A stretch of 62,074 nt of DNA, taken from assembly GCA_900617105.1 (NCBI GenBank), contig UYFQ01000350.1, positions 1 to 62,074 on the forward strand, written 5' to 3'. The notes under the pieces were generated by a model. It saw only the letters and a list, made by a program, of their open reading frames with translations, had not been told where the DNA came from and did not search any database. Position numbers and translations under genes: made by a program. Position 1 is the stretch's first letter, and each line of letters begins with the position of its first letter. The DNA comes from Hydrurus foetidus. Taxonomy: Eukaryota. Below, one piece after another: positions 41,601 through 53,443 of this stretch.

Positions 41601-43675
41601 CACGAAGTTCTTATCGAAACAGTGCGGTGTGCCTTCCTATCTACTGACTGGAGGGGGTGTCTGGAATCTGATTCTAGGATCTGCTGTGTGTGTGGGGCTG
41701 ACGATAGGAACCAGACAGGCATGGGGGAGGATCAGTGGGGAGGGTGCGATGTACAGTCTGAGCACTCTGTTCATCTCCCTGACTTCCTTCTCTCTAGCCG
41801 CGCTAGCCGTGGTAGCCGTATTAATCGGCGTATTGATGAGATCGGATAGCGCAGTAGGCACTGATACAGGGGCAGTACTGGGTGTAGGGGCAGTGGGAGA
41901 CTACGATCACAACTTGCAACTCGTGCTCCTCATGATGCCTCTTCCTCTCCTCACATCGTCCACAGCGTATTTCTCGTACACTCTTCTTTTCCTGCCTCAC
42001 AGAAGGTTCTTAGCGGCATTGCCATTATTTGAAATATTCGGTCCTGATAGACTGACGTACTGCGTGTGTCTCGGGGTGGTGGTCGTGCACCTATTTATGT
42101 CCAGAAGATCAGGGTACGTCCCGTACTGATTCGTTCTCAAGCATTTTTCATTTATTTAGTACTAGAATCTACGTCAAAAGCGGTATTTCAAACTTTTTCT
42201 TTTTCTCCGCCTCAGTCAGCATGTATAGCAATTCACTGAATAGTTCAACAAACAATTCGATAATTATTTTTCAGATATTTTCCATTAAAGAAAGCACAAC
42301 CTATAGCTTGGCTTGTGGAATTACTCGGTCCAAGCTCCTCAGCTGCCGACCTGGACGATTTCTTCTTGAAGTCCAGTAGGCGTTCGGGTGGCCGAACCGA
42401 GTCCAGGGGGGGGACGGGGCCAGGGTCGGGGGGTAAGGGTGTGTGCGTGCATGAGGAGGGGGGGCGGTATGCTATTTTCGAAAGCAATAACGGAGATCCG
42501 GTAAGTTTAGAAAGGCTGACGACATGCATGATAGTGCACTAACTATATCGCACACTGACCGACTCACTGACTCACTGTCTCACTGTCTCACTGACTGTCG
42601 GATTGGCTGTCCGACTGATGCTATCCTATGCGTAGACTAGACTGGTCTCCATCGTGAACAGTGAGGAGATTCCTTCAGCACACAGCAGCGCCTGCATGTG
42701 ACCTGACAGTATCATCGTTCTCAAGCATCTCGAAGTGTCTCATCACTGCGACCCCTACCAGACTTCCACTATCCATACACTCATATACTTCATACTCTCT
42801 CCACACGACTGTCTAATATCTCGTGACTAATATTTAACATTTGATATTAAATATTTGATATTTTCTTTTTTAGTCGTTTGATGTTTCTTTAGTGTCCCCC
42901 GGGGTTTTTAGGGGTCAATTTTATAGAGTCACATCGTGTGCGTGTGCGAGAGATAAAAGACTGAAGGTCAGTCATCCGTACGAACTCGTACTTACAATGT
43001 CGTTCATACGTATGATACTATCGTATCTTTGTATTATTTTTCTTTTGATTGGTCAAATACTAAAATCTCAAATGATTAGTGTAATGTAGTATGTATGATA
43101 CGTGAGAGAAGACGAAGATGATGTTCATGTTTATGTTGCGCATCACAGTGCCTTTGTACGTCTCTCCCTCTCCCTCTCCCTCCCTCTGTCTCTCACCCTC
43201 ACCTTATCATGTACTCGTTACTGGATTGTTAAACACATCTATCTGCCCATCACTCTATCTCCTTCGCCTTCCTCTGGACAACGATTCATTACATGACATT
43301 ATCTCACATTTATATGTGGCTGCGTACACTCCATTCCTACCCGCTGTCAGTCATTTTCACCATCAAACTGATTTTATAATTAAATCATTTTAGGACTCAA
43401 CGGAATGGTGTGAATTCTGCACGTGCAGAAAATGTGGGGGCAAAAACCTGCCCCCTGTAATGTCGTCCCGAAGCCCTGGGGTAAATGAAGATGGAGTGGC
43501 GTATCCAGACAGCAGTGCGGAGCTGTTGATGTTGGTGGGAGTGTTAGGGTGTGTGCTGGGAGTGTTGTTCTATGCGGGTGACAGGCCGTACAGATACCTC
43601 CACGTAATGGGTGCTCTGTGCTCACTGTACATCTTGAAAGACGTGCACGATGCTTTTGCCTCTTGGCTCTCGTGA
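35669..43675 (+). CDS. PGAP1: GPI inositol-deacylase, PGAP1/Bst1-like (multi-exon)
   Basis: N-terminal TM, then NPCKMTY, PVLFIPGHKG|S..QVRS, nucleophile motif AHSIGGMVAR (~38180), IMLSSP, VSITGGSLDSLIP, PIDHNAMLWCKQF and a multi-TM C-terminus. The last exon ends with TGA at 43675. Confidence 0.88.
36664..36774. mobile_element. Degenerate fold-back related to the 17173-17340 element (PGAP1 intron)
   Basis: TCCACTTTTAATCTGGACCCACCCTTATGAACGACAAT closely matches TCCACGTTTAATCTGGACCCACCTCTATACACGACAAT. It has its own inverted arms CTGATCCACTTTTAAT / ATTAAAAGTGGATCAG. Confidence 0.75.
37402..37835. repeat. (CAGTG/TAGTG)n intronic microsatellite
   Basis: Directly visible. Confidence 0.95.
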
Positions 43676-44560
43676 CCGCGTAGGATCTGTTGATGATTCT
43701 AGCGCTGTATAGCATAACATTGCACGGACCGTTCTGCATCAACTGCACTGCATTGCACTGAACGACCTGTCATCTCGTTGTCTCGCAAGTCATCGCCGTG
43801 TATGCAGCGGCAGTGAGGAGGGCGAGGAACGGTCCGTTATGTTGTCAGATGACTTATTAGACCGTAAAACACGCCAAAGCAGCTCTCCTCTGGCTCCATT
43901 AGATGCTACTCCAAATAAATAGATGCTACTCTAAATAAAGATAGCGAAGAAGCGGTGTTTTCTGCAGACCTACACTCCCCTCACTTCCCTCCCCGTACTG
44001 TACGTGTATTACTACCCATCGCATCTTGTGATTGGGATGGTTCTTTTTAAAGATACGCGACTGGCTCCGTTTTCGGGTTTGTTGACTGGAGACGATATAT
44101 TGAAACAACAAGCGCGAGGACGAGCAAAGAAAGAATAAAGTTAACCCTAACCCTAAAGGAAGACAATCTTAACTCTCCTCTATATTCACGCTAATGAATT
44201 GCTGAGGGGATAAAGTGACAAGACAGTTGGACATCCATGGCGCTTAGTGGGAATGAATAATTAAGTTATGAGATGTCTTTACTGTGCTGATGGGCTGATG
44301 GGCTGATGTAACCTTCAAACATTTTCACTCAATGTGATACTTATCAAGGAGTAGTACTAAATTTTCTATCTTCTCTACTAAATTTACTATTTTTTGAAAA
44401 AATTCAAACTCAGAAGCATCAAGCAAGCAAGCTTTTGTCAGATGTCAAGCTTTTGTCAAGCTTTTACCTAAACCAACGACCAATAACCCTTATCAGCGAC
44501 CGTAACGGCGCCGCCCAGTGGCCACAGCGATGTCTTGCAAGGTCTAAACAGCTATCCTCA

Positions 44561-47500
44561 ATGGGCGTGAAAGGTTTGCTTCCCTGCCTTCAGGGCACTG
44601 TGAGCGCACAGTCCATTGGGAGTTACAGGGGAACGCGAGTTGCTATAGATGCTTCCGGATGGCTTCACAAGGGACTGTACTCCATCGCTGAAGACTACGT
44701 CGACTCAGGTACCGTATTAGCTCTTTTTGTTCTTGGATGGAGTTGAGAGCAGGGAAGATTATTCAGAAGATTGATGTCGTACTCTCTCCAAAAAGAGTCA
44801 TGATGTCATATCTTTTCCGAAAGTTAAAGGTCTACGTCCTCGTCCTCTCTCGCAGGTTTCAACGACTCTCAGTTCTATGTAGATTACATAGTTACAAGAG
44901 CGCGTAGCCTACGAGATGCAGGGGTGGAACCAGTTCTTGTTTTTGATGGGAGAAGAAACTATCTTAAGGTAACCTATCATAATCGCCGAGTAAGCTTAAA
45001 GTGTCCCTCCTTCTCTAAGGAAAGTCGCAACTAGCTCAAATTGACAAATCGGCAAATTGTACATCACAGTCAGAAACGCAAGCGAAGAGGGAAGAGAGCC
45101 GGCTCAGTAACATAGAGCAGGGTCGCAGGTTGATCGACAGCATGCAGGCGACAGCCGACACCGCATGTCGTCAGAAGCTACGCCTAGAGGCGATAAGGTA
45201 ACTATGAACGTTTTAATCGCAGAGTCTTTATCACCAGTAGGCAGGGTTGTAACACTCACATTCCTTTCTGTCTCCTTTCTGTCCAGTTCTTTCCAGAAGG
45301 GGTTGGGAGTGACGCACGAGATGGAGATCAGAACAATAGCTGCACTGCGCAAACTCTGCATCGAAGTGATCATTTCTCCCTACGAGGCAGATGCACAGTT
45401 GGCCCATCTCTGTCAGATAGGATTCTGCGACTCAGTTCTGACGGAAGACTCCGACATATTAGTGTACTCAGCGATATGCGGCATACCATTTAACGTATTC
45501 TACAAATTCGATCGTGTTGGTGCAGTGCAGGTCATCAACTTTGGAGACATCAATTTAATCGGTGCGAATTCTGACAGCGAGAGTGACGCACTAGACCTTC
45601 CTGTCTCCCAATCCAGTGACGATGGAAGCAGCAGCAAAAATAATAAATCTAGCAGCAAATACGCTAGCAAAGAAGAGAAAAGTTTCCTACCGTTATTGAA
45701 GAATTTCAAAGGACCATCCGGTCGCAGAATGTTCGCACAAATGTGCATCCTAGCTGGCTGTGACTATAGCGAGTCCATCTTCGGAGTCGGCATCATAGCA
45801 GCGCAGAAGGTGCGTCATGATTTGATGCTGTGCAGAGCATTTGCAAATAAAAATAAACTCACTTCCACATGTTTTATCACGAGGATAAGAACTGTTTTGG
45901 TTTGTTCAGTGCCTGCTGTTCTGTACTGCAGATATTGTTGTTTCATGCGATGGGGTGTGATGTGACGTGACGTTACTTCTACTCTACAGAAAACTGCAGT
46001 GCATTGCTCCATCCTCCTCCCTCTTTTTTCTCAAAGTGATGTAACCCATCCCAATCCCTTCCATCTCTCTCTCCAACAGCCTCGCTAAACTCTATATTCC
46101 TTTCTTCTGTTTTTTGGACATTGTTTTACCTCGCTTTTCAGAACTTCACTTCACATTACATCACATTATTTTTTTTTCCTTCGTTCACGATCTCTCTTCG
46201 CTTTTCCTTTCTTCCTTTCTCACTTATCTCTTCAGGCTGTCTTGCGCTTTAAGAGTTGTGCTGACGATGAAAGGCTTCTCAAAGTCTGCTCCCACTTACG
46301 GTCTACCGGCAAGAAAGTGTCTGACGAATACTTAGGTACTTGTCTGATGAACACTTGTTTGACCAATTCAGATGTATCTTTCCTTTACATCTGCTCACGC
46401 ACTCCTTCACCCAGACTCAGTTCTACACCACCCCTGATCATCAACCATTGCTAACCCTGTCTGTCCCTTCTGAACCCCCTCCCCCTCCTCTTCTCTTCCT
46501 CCAGACCTCCTGTTCCTCATTATCCCTCCAGTCTCTTCTCCATTCTCTCCCCTCTAATCCTCTTCTCCTTTTCTCCCCTATATTCCCTATTCCTCTTCTC
46601 CTTTCTCTCCCCTCTATTCCCTATTCCTCTTCTCCTTTCTCTCCCCTCTATTCCCTATTCCTCTTCTCCTTTCTCTCCCCTCTATTCCCTATTCCTCTTC
46701 TCCATTCTCTCCCCTATATTCCCTATTCCTCTTCTCCATTCTCTCCCCTCTATTCCCTATTCCTCTTCTCCTTTCTCTCCCCTCTATTCCCTATTCCTCT
46801 TCTCCTTTCTCTCCCCTCTATTCCCTATTCCTCTTCTCCATTCTCTCCCCTATATTCCCTATTCCTCTTCTCCTTTCTCTCCCCTCTATTCCCTATTCCT
46901 CTTCTCCTTTCTCTCCCCTCTATTCCCTATTCCTCTTCTCCTTTCTCTCTCATATATCCTACAGCTCGTGTCCTGAGAGCAGAGGTACTATTTCACTACC
47001 ACCCAGTGTACAACCCCTTGACAAAAGCAGTGGAACATTTTATGCCGCATAATGCAGGTAGTTTAGTGCGAATGATTTTATTTGGGATTTTGTGACTTCG
47101 TTTTTTTGATTCGATTCTCGGAGCGCTTGTGTGATGTGACGTGATGCGCTCATACGACAAAGTGATGAGATGAGATGTGTCAGCAGCTGTCTTTATAGCT
47201 GTACGTATGCTATAACAATTGTTACAACTGTTTATCACTTAGAGGCGCCATCTAATGTGCTCTACACTGTTCCTCTTCTCAGCGGTGTCGTACAGCAGGA
47301 AGTCTCGAGTAAGCAGTAGTAGAGCGAAGATGGGCGCATCTTCCAGTTCTCCTTCCCTATATGGCAGCAGTAATGACGGGTGGTGTGGACCGACCATATC
47401 GGATGTAGAACTCGCCAAGCTCGGGACAGAGTCAGAGATACTGAAGGCGAGTGATGCGCATCAAAAGTGCCGTAGACTAGATGTGTCTTACACGAGTAAT

Positions 47501-49723
47501 AGTAAGAGAAGAGAAGAGAGGACGTGTTGTCTTTTTTCTCCTCTTCTCCCCCCTCCCTCTACTGTTTAGTCCCTCTCCTCCCTCCCTCCCTCCCTCTACT
47601 GTTTAGTCCCTCTCCTCCTCCCTCCCTCCCTCCTGTTTGGTCCCTCCCTCCTCCCTCACTGTTTAGTCCCTCTCCTCCTCCCTCCCTCACTCTCTGTTTA
47701 GTCCTCTCCTCCTCCTCCCTCCCTCCCTCTACTGTTTAGTCCCTCTCCTCCCTCCCTCCCTCCCTCTCTGTTTAGTCCTCTCTCCTCCCTCCCTCCCTCC
47801 CTCCCTCTACTGTTTAGTCCCTCTCCTCCTCCCTTCCTTCCTCCTTTTCATCTTCCTTCCTTCCTCCTAATTCTCCCCATTTCTTTCCTACGCACTAGCC
47901 TAAATATCGTCAAAACTCCGTCATCTCACCACACAGGCAGCTCCTAGTGACATGAAAATATCAGAAATCTGCGAAGGAAAATTCTCCTTCAAAACTTTTG
48001 AATCGATAACCCCTCAATTTCCTTGGGACGACCCGCAGCTTTCTCGACAAGCACCAGGCAAGCCTTCTACCAGCCAGTGGAATATCAGAAGAAATCTAGT
48101 GCAAGCAACTGCTGGACTGAGTGCCAAACTGTCGACATCAATCGGACTCCCACAGCAACTCCCATGCAACAACTGGAACAGAGGTACCACACGCTATCCC
48201 TCTCTACCCTCCATGACCACTTAAACAGTCACTAGTATGTTCCTAACGGCAGTCATTCCCTTTCAGGTCACAACAAAGTTCAATTTGCGCGTCACCAGCC
48301 ATACTCCCAACCGTACAGACAAACCGCTCCTAACCTATTGAACACCAATCCTAGTGCCGTTGCAAGAAACTCGTCAGGAAATATCGACACTGGTAGTTCT
48401 CAGATCAGTTGGAAGCGCCCTGTTATTAGTGACGCCAGAACAGGAACAGTCACAGTATCAACTCCTTCACTGCTGTCCCACTCCCACTCTATGATGGCAC
48501 GGTCTTTTAACCTTCCTGTCAAGAGCACTCCTCTGCCATCATCTCCATCCTCATCCTCATCTACATCCACCTCCAGTACACCAATCATTCAAAACAGCAA
48601 CAACAGCAGCAGCAGTGGCAGGCTCAGCATATCTGCTACACTTAACAACACTATCAATGGGATAGTGAAAAAAGACATCGAAATAAATCTAATCAATGAC
48701 AGTGTCGATGTCGGTGGCACACGTAGCACACCAATCGCAACCCACAATGCCTTCGACTTTTACTCCCAGACTGAGACCGATGCGGAAGAGAATGTTCTGG
48801 ACTTATCTTCCAGTCCAGAGAGAACTAGTGACAGCGACAATGGTGCTGAGAGTGACAGTCCTGACAGTGAGGAGGGGATAGGTGAGGGGAAAGGGGACGG
48901 ATCCGTCCGTCACCCCATCTCCATGATAGGGGGCATTGCTGAAGGCGTGTCCACTAGAGCTGCTATCGAGTTGGAGTGTGTGGGGGTGAGCAGTGCTGTT
49001 ACTGTTAGTGGTGGTGATGAGGAGAGCGCGAGAGGGAAGAGACACGGAGTACCCAGACTGCCTCCCACTGCACACACAGCACCCTCAAGCGCAGGAGCAA
49101 CGCACATCCACATCCACACCACTACCACCACTACCAATAGTAGCAACAGCAGTAGCGGCTTCTGTGCTGGATCCTCCACCCCCCACACATCCATCAACAC
49201 CTACAGCAACAACAGTAGACACAGGTGTGCTTTGACAGGTGACGCTGACGCGCTCTCTTACATGGCAATGGACTGCAGTCCCGGAGGAACTGATAGCGAG
49301 ACGGGCTCACCGGATGCCTCGGCAAGCCCAGCCAATCCGGTATACCCGGCCAAAACGGTCAACAAGGACTCTCTCTCAAGCGGTATCGTAAATGCGGTTG
49401 ACGAAAAGAGAGACCGGTCTGCTAGCCCAGGAGGCAAAGAGAATTGCGCTGCAAGTGTGAACCACCAAGTATGCGTTGACATCCGTACGGGACGAGATGG
49501 TGGCTCGAAGTCACCCTCTCGTCTGGAAGCTGCTAAAGTGTCTGCTGTAGACGTGAAGACCTTGGGTGCATCGATTCCAAGTAGTCACACAGTGCAGGGA
49601 GTGAAGAGGAAGCTGTACGACACTGTTGCCATCGTGTCTGACATGGGCAAGGGCGGGAAGGGGAAGAGACCGAAGAGCACCATGAAGGTTGCATCCATCA
49701 TGTCCTTCTTCACTCCCAGATAA
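44561..49723 (+). CDS. EXO1: Exonuclease 1 (XPG/Rad2 family), multi-exon
   Basis: MGVKGLLPCL, RVAIDASGWLHKG, PVLVFDG, SPYEADAQLAHL, TEDSDILVY, H3TH CILAGCDYSESIFGVGI, FHYHPVYNP. Long low-complexity tail ending in the PIP-box-like 'ASIMSFF'. Confidence 0.92.
45866..45955 (+). repeat. Dispersed ~90-bp repeat, copy 2 (EXO1 intron)
   Basis: 62-bp identity with 12319-12380. Confidence 0.92.
46535..46945. repeat. 34-bp polypyrimidine minisatellite (CTATTCCCTATTCCTCTTCTCCTTTCTCTCCCCT), about 12 copies, intronic
   Basis: Directly visible tandem copies. Confidence 0.92.
47545..47835. repeat. Pyrimidine-rich minisatellite (CTGTTTAGTCCCTCTCCTCC core), intronic
   Basis: Directly visible variable-length tandem units. 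Confidence 0.9.
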
Positions 49724-50480
49724 CGTCACACGTGAGGTCATAAAAAGGGAGCGAAAAGGGGAAACTTCAGTGCCTTCCAAATAATATCATCAAACAGAGT
49801 CACAGAGATGTAACCATGTTATCTGCCATGATCAGGCTACTAGGTGAAGTGATGAGCACTATTGGAGTGGCCTGTGAATGTGAATTGATGTATTCCCTTG
49901 TAACATGATGCATTCTCGATAACTCTGAACCTCTAAACAACTCCATGGTATCACAACCCGTGATTCTTTCCTATGGTATTTGAATTGGACTTAAACTACT
50001 GAGACGCAACGCGATGCTGGAGAAAACAATAGTAGTCAATCGTAAATAGACTACGACAGCTCAGTAATTTTGTCTTTTTTCATTTTCCTCAACCAAGGGA
50101 CAATAAAGTGCGACGAAACAAATCTGCACCGCTGAATCAGGCCTGTTATCACTCATAAATGGCACCTTTTTATTTACCCCTAAAAGTGCCAATAAGTGAT
50201 GACTCCACCATTGAAATAGGAGTAAGGTGGTGTATCGGATACCAAGATATCGCCCAAATGTATCCTAAATAAGTGGTGAAGTATTAGGAGTGCTGTTGTT
50301 CTCTAAGCATGACGATGCGCTTGATTCGCTGACACGGTGCATACTGTAGTCTAGTTAAGTGGTACGTTATATCAGAGGGAAGGAGGTAGTAAGCAAATCG
50401 ATCGCAACCTATCCATACCTTCTTACTGTATATACTCCTGGAAAAGTGGTAAACAACTGATCGAAGAAATTGTTGATGTC

Positions 50481-50514
50481 GCCAGACCAAGGGGTATTAC
50501 CCCCTTGGCCAGAC
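50481..50514. other. 20-bp hairpin flanked by a 7-bp direct repeat; candidate DNA-transposon (P-like) excision footprint
   Basis: GCCAGAC-CAAGGGG-TATTAC-CCCCTTG-GCCAGAC. Confidence 0.6.
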
Positions 50515-50602
50515 TGGGCTCTCCACGTTTTGCCGAGAAATTTCTGAAAAACTAGTGCGAAAGTAAAAAACAAAAAACCAAGAAAGTTCTGCTCTGCGGA
50601 GG

Positions 50603-50860
50603 TTCTTCTTCTGCTGTCGGAGTCCCGTCCCCTTTGGGGAATAACGTCTCTCGGTCTTCCCCCTGCACTCCTCCCTTAATCAACTCCTCGCTTGCAGCGC
50701 CCTAGGGAAAGCCCGACTGCTTAAATAAATGTTTTTCTTAATGTTACCTTACGGGTGGTGTCGCTTGCGCGTCTAGGTTATCCGGTCCGCCCTACCCGCC
50801 CTAGACTGGTGATTGGGGTCGGGGTCACGGGGCGGACCGTGGGTCAGGATGCCCTTCACC
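50603..50860 (-). repeat. Split direct repeat B2 (3' terminus, 258 bp)
   Basis: Identical by eye to 51258-51515. Confidence 0.96.
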
Positions 50861-50942
50861 AACTGACACGCAAGTGGTCAGATAACATCAAATAAATCAA
50901 TTGAAACCATAATGGTATCTTTGTAGGAATGGCTGGCTACGG

Positions 50943-51257
50943 GGTGAACAAACGGGTGATAGCTTTCTTCAAAATCAGCCGGTTCAAATAATTGTGACCG
51001 GATGCTGTCACCGACAAACATTTCGATTCCCCACCATCGCACTTGAACCCTCCAATTTCAAAAGTATGCTGTGACGAACTAAACTACGTTGAGGCTTGTA
51101 GCACCCCACGGGGCAGCGGCCCACGCTCCCTACGCCGCTTGGCGCTGACCCCGTTGTATTCCCCTCCTCTCTCCGTCCCTATGGGGTCCGGCTCCGGTCA
51201 GCGGTCCCTGCTCCTTCCACGCCAGAGAACCTGCGCTGCCGTGGCGGCATCTCCTAA
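50943..51257 (-). repeat. Split direct repeat A2 (315 bp)
   Basis: Matches 57406-57717 except for a 3-bp indel and one C/T near the terminus. Confidence 0.96.
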
Positions 51258-51515
51258 TTCTTCTTCTGCTGTCGGAGTCCCGTCCCCTTTGGGGAATAAC
51301 GTCTCTCGGTCTTCCCCCTGCACTCCTCCCTTAATCAACTCCTCGCTTGCAGCGCCCTAGGGAAAGCCCGACTGCTTAAATAAATGTTTTTCTTAATGTT
51401 ACCTTACGGGTGGTGTCGCTTGCGCGTCTAGGTTATCCGGTCCGCCCTACCCGCCCTAGACTGGTGATTGGGGTCGGGGTCACGGGGCGGACCGTGGGTC
51501 AGGATGCCCTTCACC
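51258..51515 (-). repeat. Split direct repeat B1 (258 bp), directly abutting A2
   Basis: The junction CTCCTAA|TTCTTCTTC reproduces the predicted end-to-end circle junction. Confidence 0.96.
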
Positions 51516-51581
51516 CAATACCCTCTCGAGGGCATCGCGTCTGCCGCTGCTGGTCCTCTCCTTGCCCCCACTGCACTCCTC

Positions 51582-53443
51582 TTACTTGCGCTCTGCTGGA
51601 AGCAACTTCATCACGTCGTTGAGCTCAGGACGGCGACCGCCTCCCAGGCTGTTGGCTGCCAGGGGCCCCAATCCTGTCGCGTAGTCGTAGGTTGTGTTCA
51701 TCACCTGCGAGTTGGGGGCGTAGTTCCCTCGGTCCCTGCGGTCGTCCTCCGACGTACCCAACGCCCGCATCTGGGTAATGGCGCCCTTCCTCAAAGAATG
51801 CGAGCTGAAGTAGCTCGGGGGAAGACCGTTGAGCGCGCACGTCTTCTTCAGCTCCTCCCTCACCGTCCTCGCCCGCAGATAAATCCTTTTCCCGCTGGGC
51901 CGGGGCAGCTGAAGAGCTCCTCGGTCCCCCCAGATCCGCTCCTGATGACAAAAAGGATCACGTCGTCCAGGAACTCGCTCTCCTCGGGTGAGCGCCTCGC
52001 GATGAGCTTAGCCTTGTTGGTGACCTTACCCTTAGTGCTCGTGCCGTGTACCCTGCACTCCGCAATCTGCCGAGTTCCTCCGGGGAGATCGGACGCGCCT
52101 AACGACGACAGGAAGCTCGCGGGTACGGTCCTCGTGCTCCCCACCGTCTCAATCACGAACGTGAGGTCGTCCGTCCTAACGCAGTGGTCCACGTCCCCGG
52201 GCTCCGACTTGGTGTACTCCGACACGCGCGCGCCCAGCTCGAACCCCCACATGCACCCCAGGTATGCCATCCTGAGTTGCAAGTCTACTCCGTCCCACTC
52301 CTTGTCGACCCACAGCCTGCCCCGGATATCGCGAACGATGCTCTCGCAGACTGGGAGCTTGACTGAGCTTGCCGTTCCATCGTCTCTCTTGGCCCGGAGC
52401 TCCTCCGGTTTCATTGCACACGCCGCCCGTGCAGTCGCTACGACGGCCTCGTCCAGGAAGGAGGTGGAGAGTGCTGCGCTTGCGAACTTGAGTCGAATGC
52501 CCGCGGTGAAGGACGTGGCCGCCTTTCCTCTTAGTCCCGCCTGATGTTTGCGTGCCATCATGAGCCCCACCATGGTAGCCTTCCCCTGCTCATCCATTCC
52601 GTGCAGGAAGGGGTCCGACGTCCGGGTCTCCTCACACACGAACTTCGTCCACGCTGTCCAATGACCTTCGTACACTCTGCTGGTCTTGGTCGCTACGGAC
52701 TGTGAAACGAAGGCGGCTAGGACAGTCCGGCTCTGGTCCGAGATGGACCCTACCGCATGGTGAGCGGGGTCCGCTCCTTCCCCGCTCAGTCCGGCCACCG
52801 GTCCCCGGCCTCCTAGCGCTGCCGCACTCGGATGTAAGGCCCCAACCACGCTGCCGCCGACGCACACCGCTGCAAAGAAGAGCAAAAGGGCAACGACGCG
52901 ACGTCTTATAAGCTTTGGGCTGACAGTATAAGTAGTAGGGTATGAGTTGGGTAGGGCGTCGGATGGGTGGCAGTTGAATGTGGGGTCCGAGCTCGCTCCG
53001 CTGGTCGCTGTTGGTTCGAGGTGGTTGGCGCTAGCTCTCCTAGCCTTTACACCGGTTGAGTGCCTGTACTCTGAGGATGCCTTTGCTTTGCCCACGTCAG
53101 GAACCTGTCGATGGCGGTCTTCGCCTGCACCCAGAATCTGACGAAGTCCTCCTCTGAATCCAGTTTGACTCTCGGGTCGCACAGTCCCACGATGTCGACG
53201 GCGCTGTCCGCTCCAAAGAAGTCCAGTACCGCCACGTCCCCCAGCCCCATCCTCTGCGCATCCTCTGCTACCGATGTGGTAGGGTGGCTTCCTTTCCTGG
53301 AGAGGAAATCGCAGTTGGTGTTGTCCACTCCCGCTATGTGCGTGACTTCTGTCACGTTGACGTCTGCCGCAAGGCATAGCAGGGTCCATACCATGGACGC
53401 ATTGGTAACGATGGAGCCCCTCGGTCTCTCCGTGAAAGCCCAT
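51582..53443 (-). CDS. Tyrosine recombinase, split by a -1 frameshift near 51860-51910; true start uncertain
   Basis: N-terminal 'KTSRVYEGHWTAWTKF' helix and catalytic R in 'LGARVSEY' lie in ORF 51860-53443. 'SSHSLRKGA' (HxxR), 'RGNY' and the Tyr in 'MNTTYDY' lie in ORF 51582-51863. Confidence 0.9.

Noticed and set aside
44142..44156. TAACCCTAACCCTAA telomere-like motif upstream of EXO1
   Set aside because: Only about 2.5 units; it cannot be distinguished from the many short simple repeats here.
50603..51515. Terminal repeats read as conventional LTRs or an assembly duplication
   Set aside because: The B1-A2...B2 order with A1 at the far end, the lack of TG...CA ends, PBS and TSD, and the presence of a YR fit split direct repeats.
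51468..52544. 358-aa plus-strand ORF and other antisense ORFs over the YR element and USP exons
   Set aside because: They are shadow ORFs opposite real coding sequence and have no recognisable motifs.
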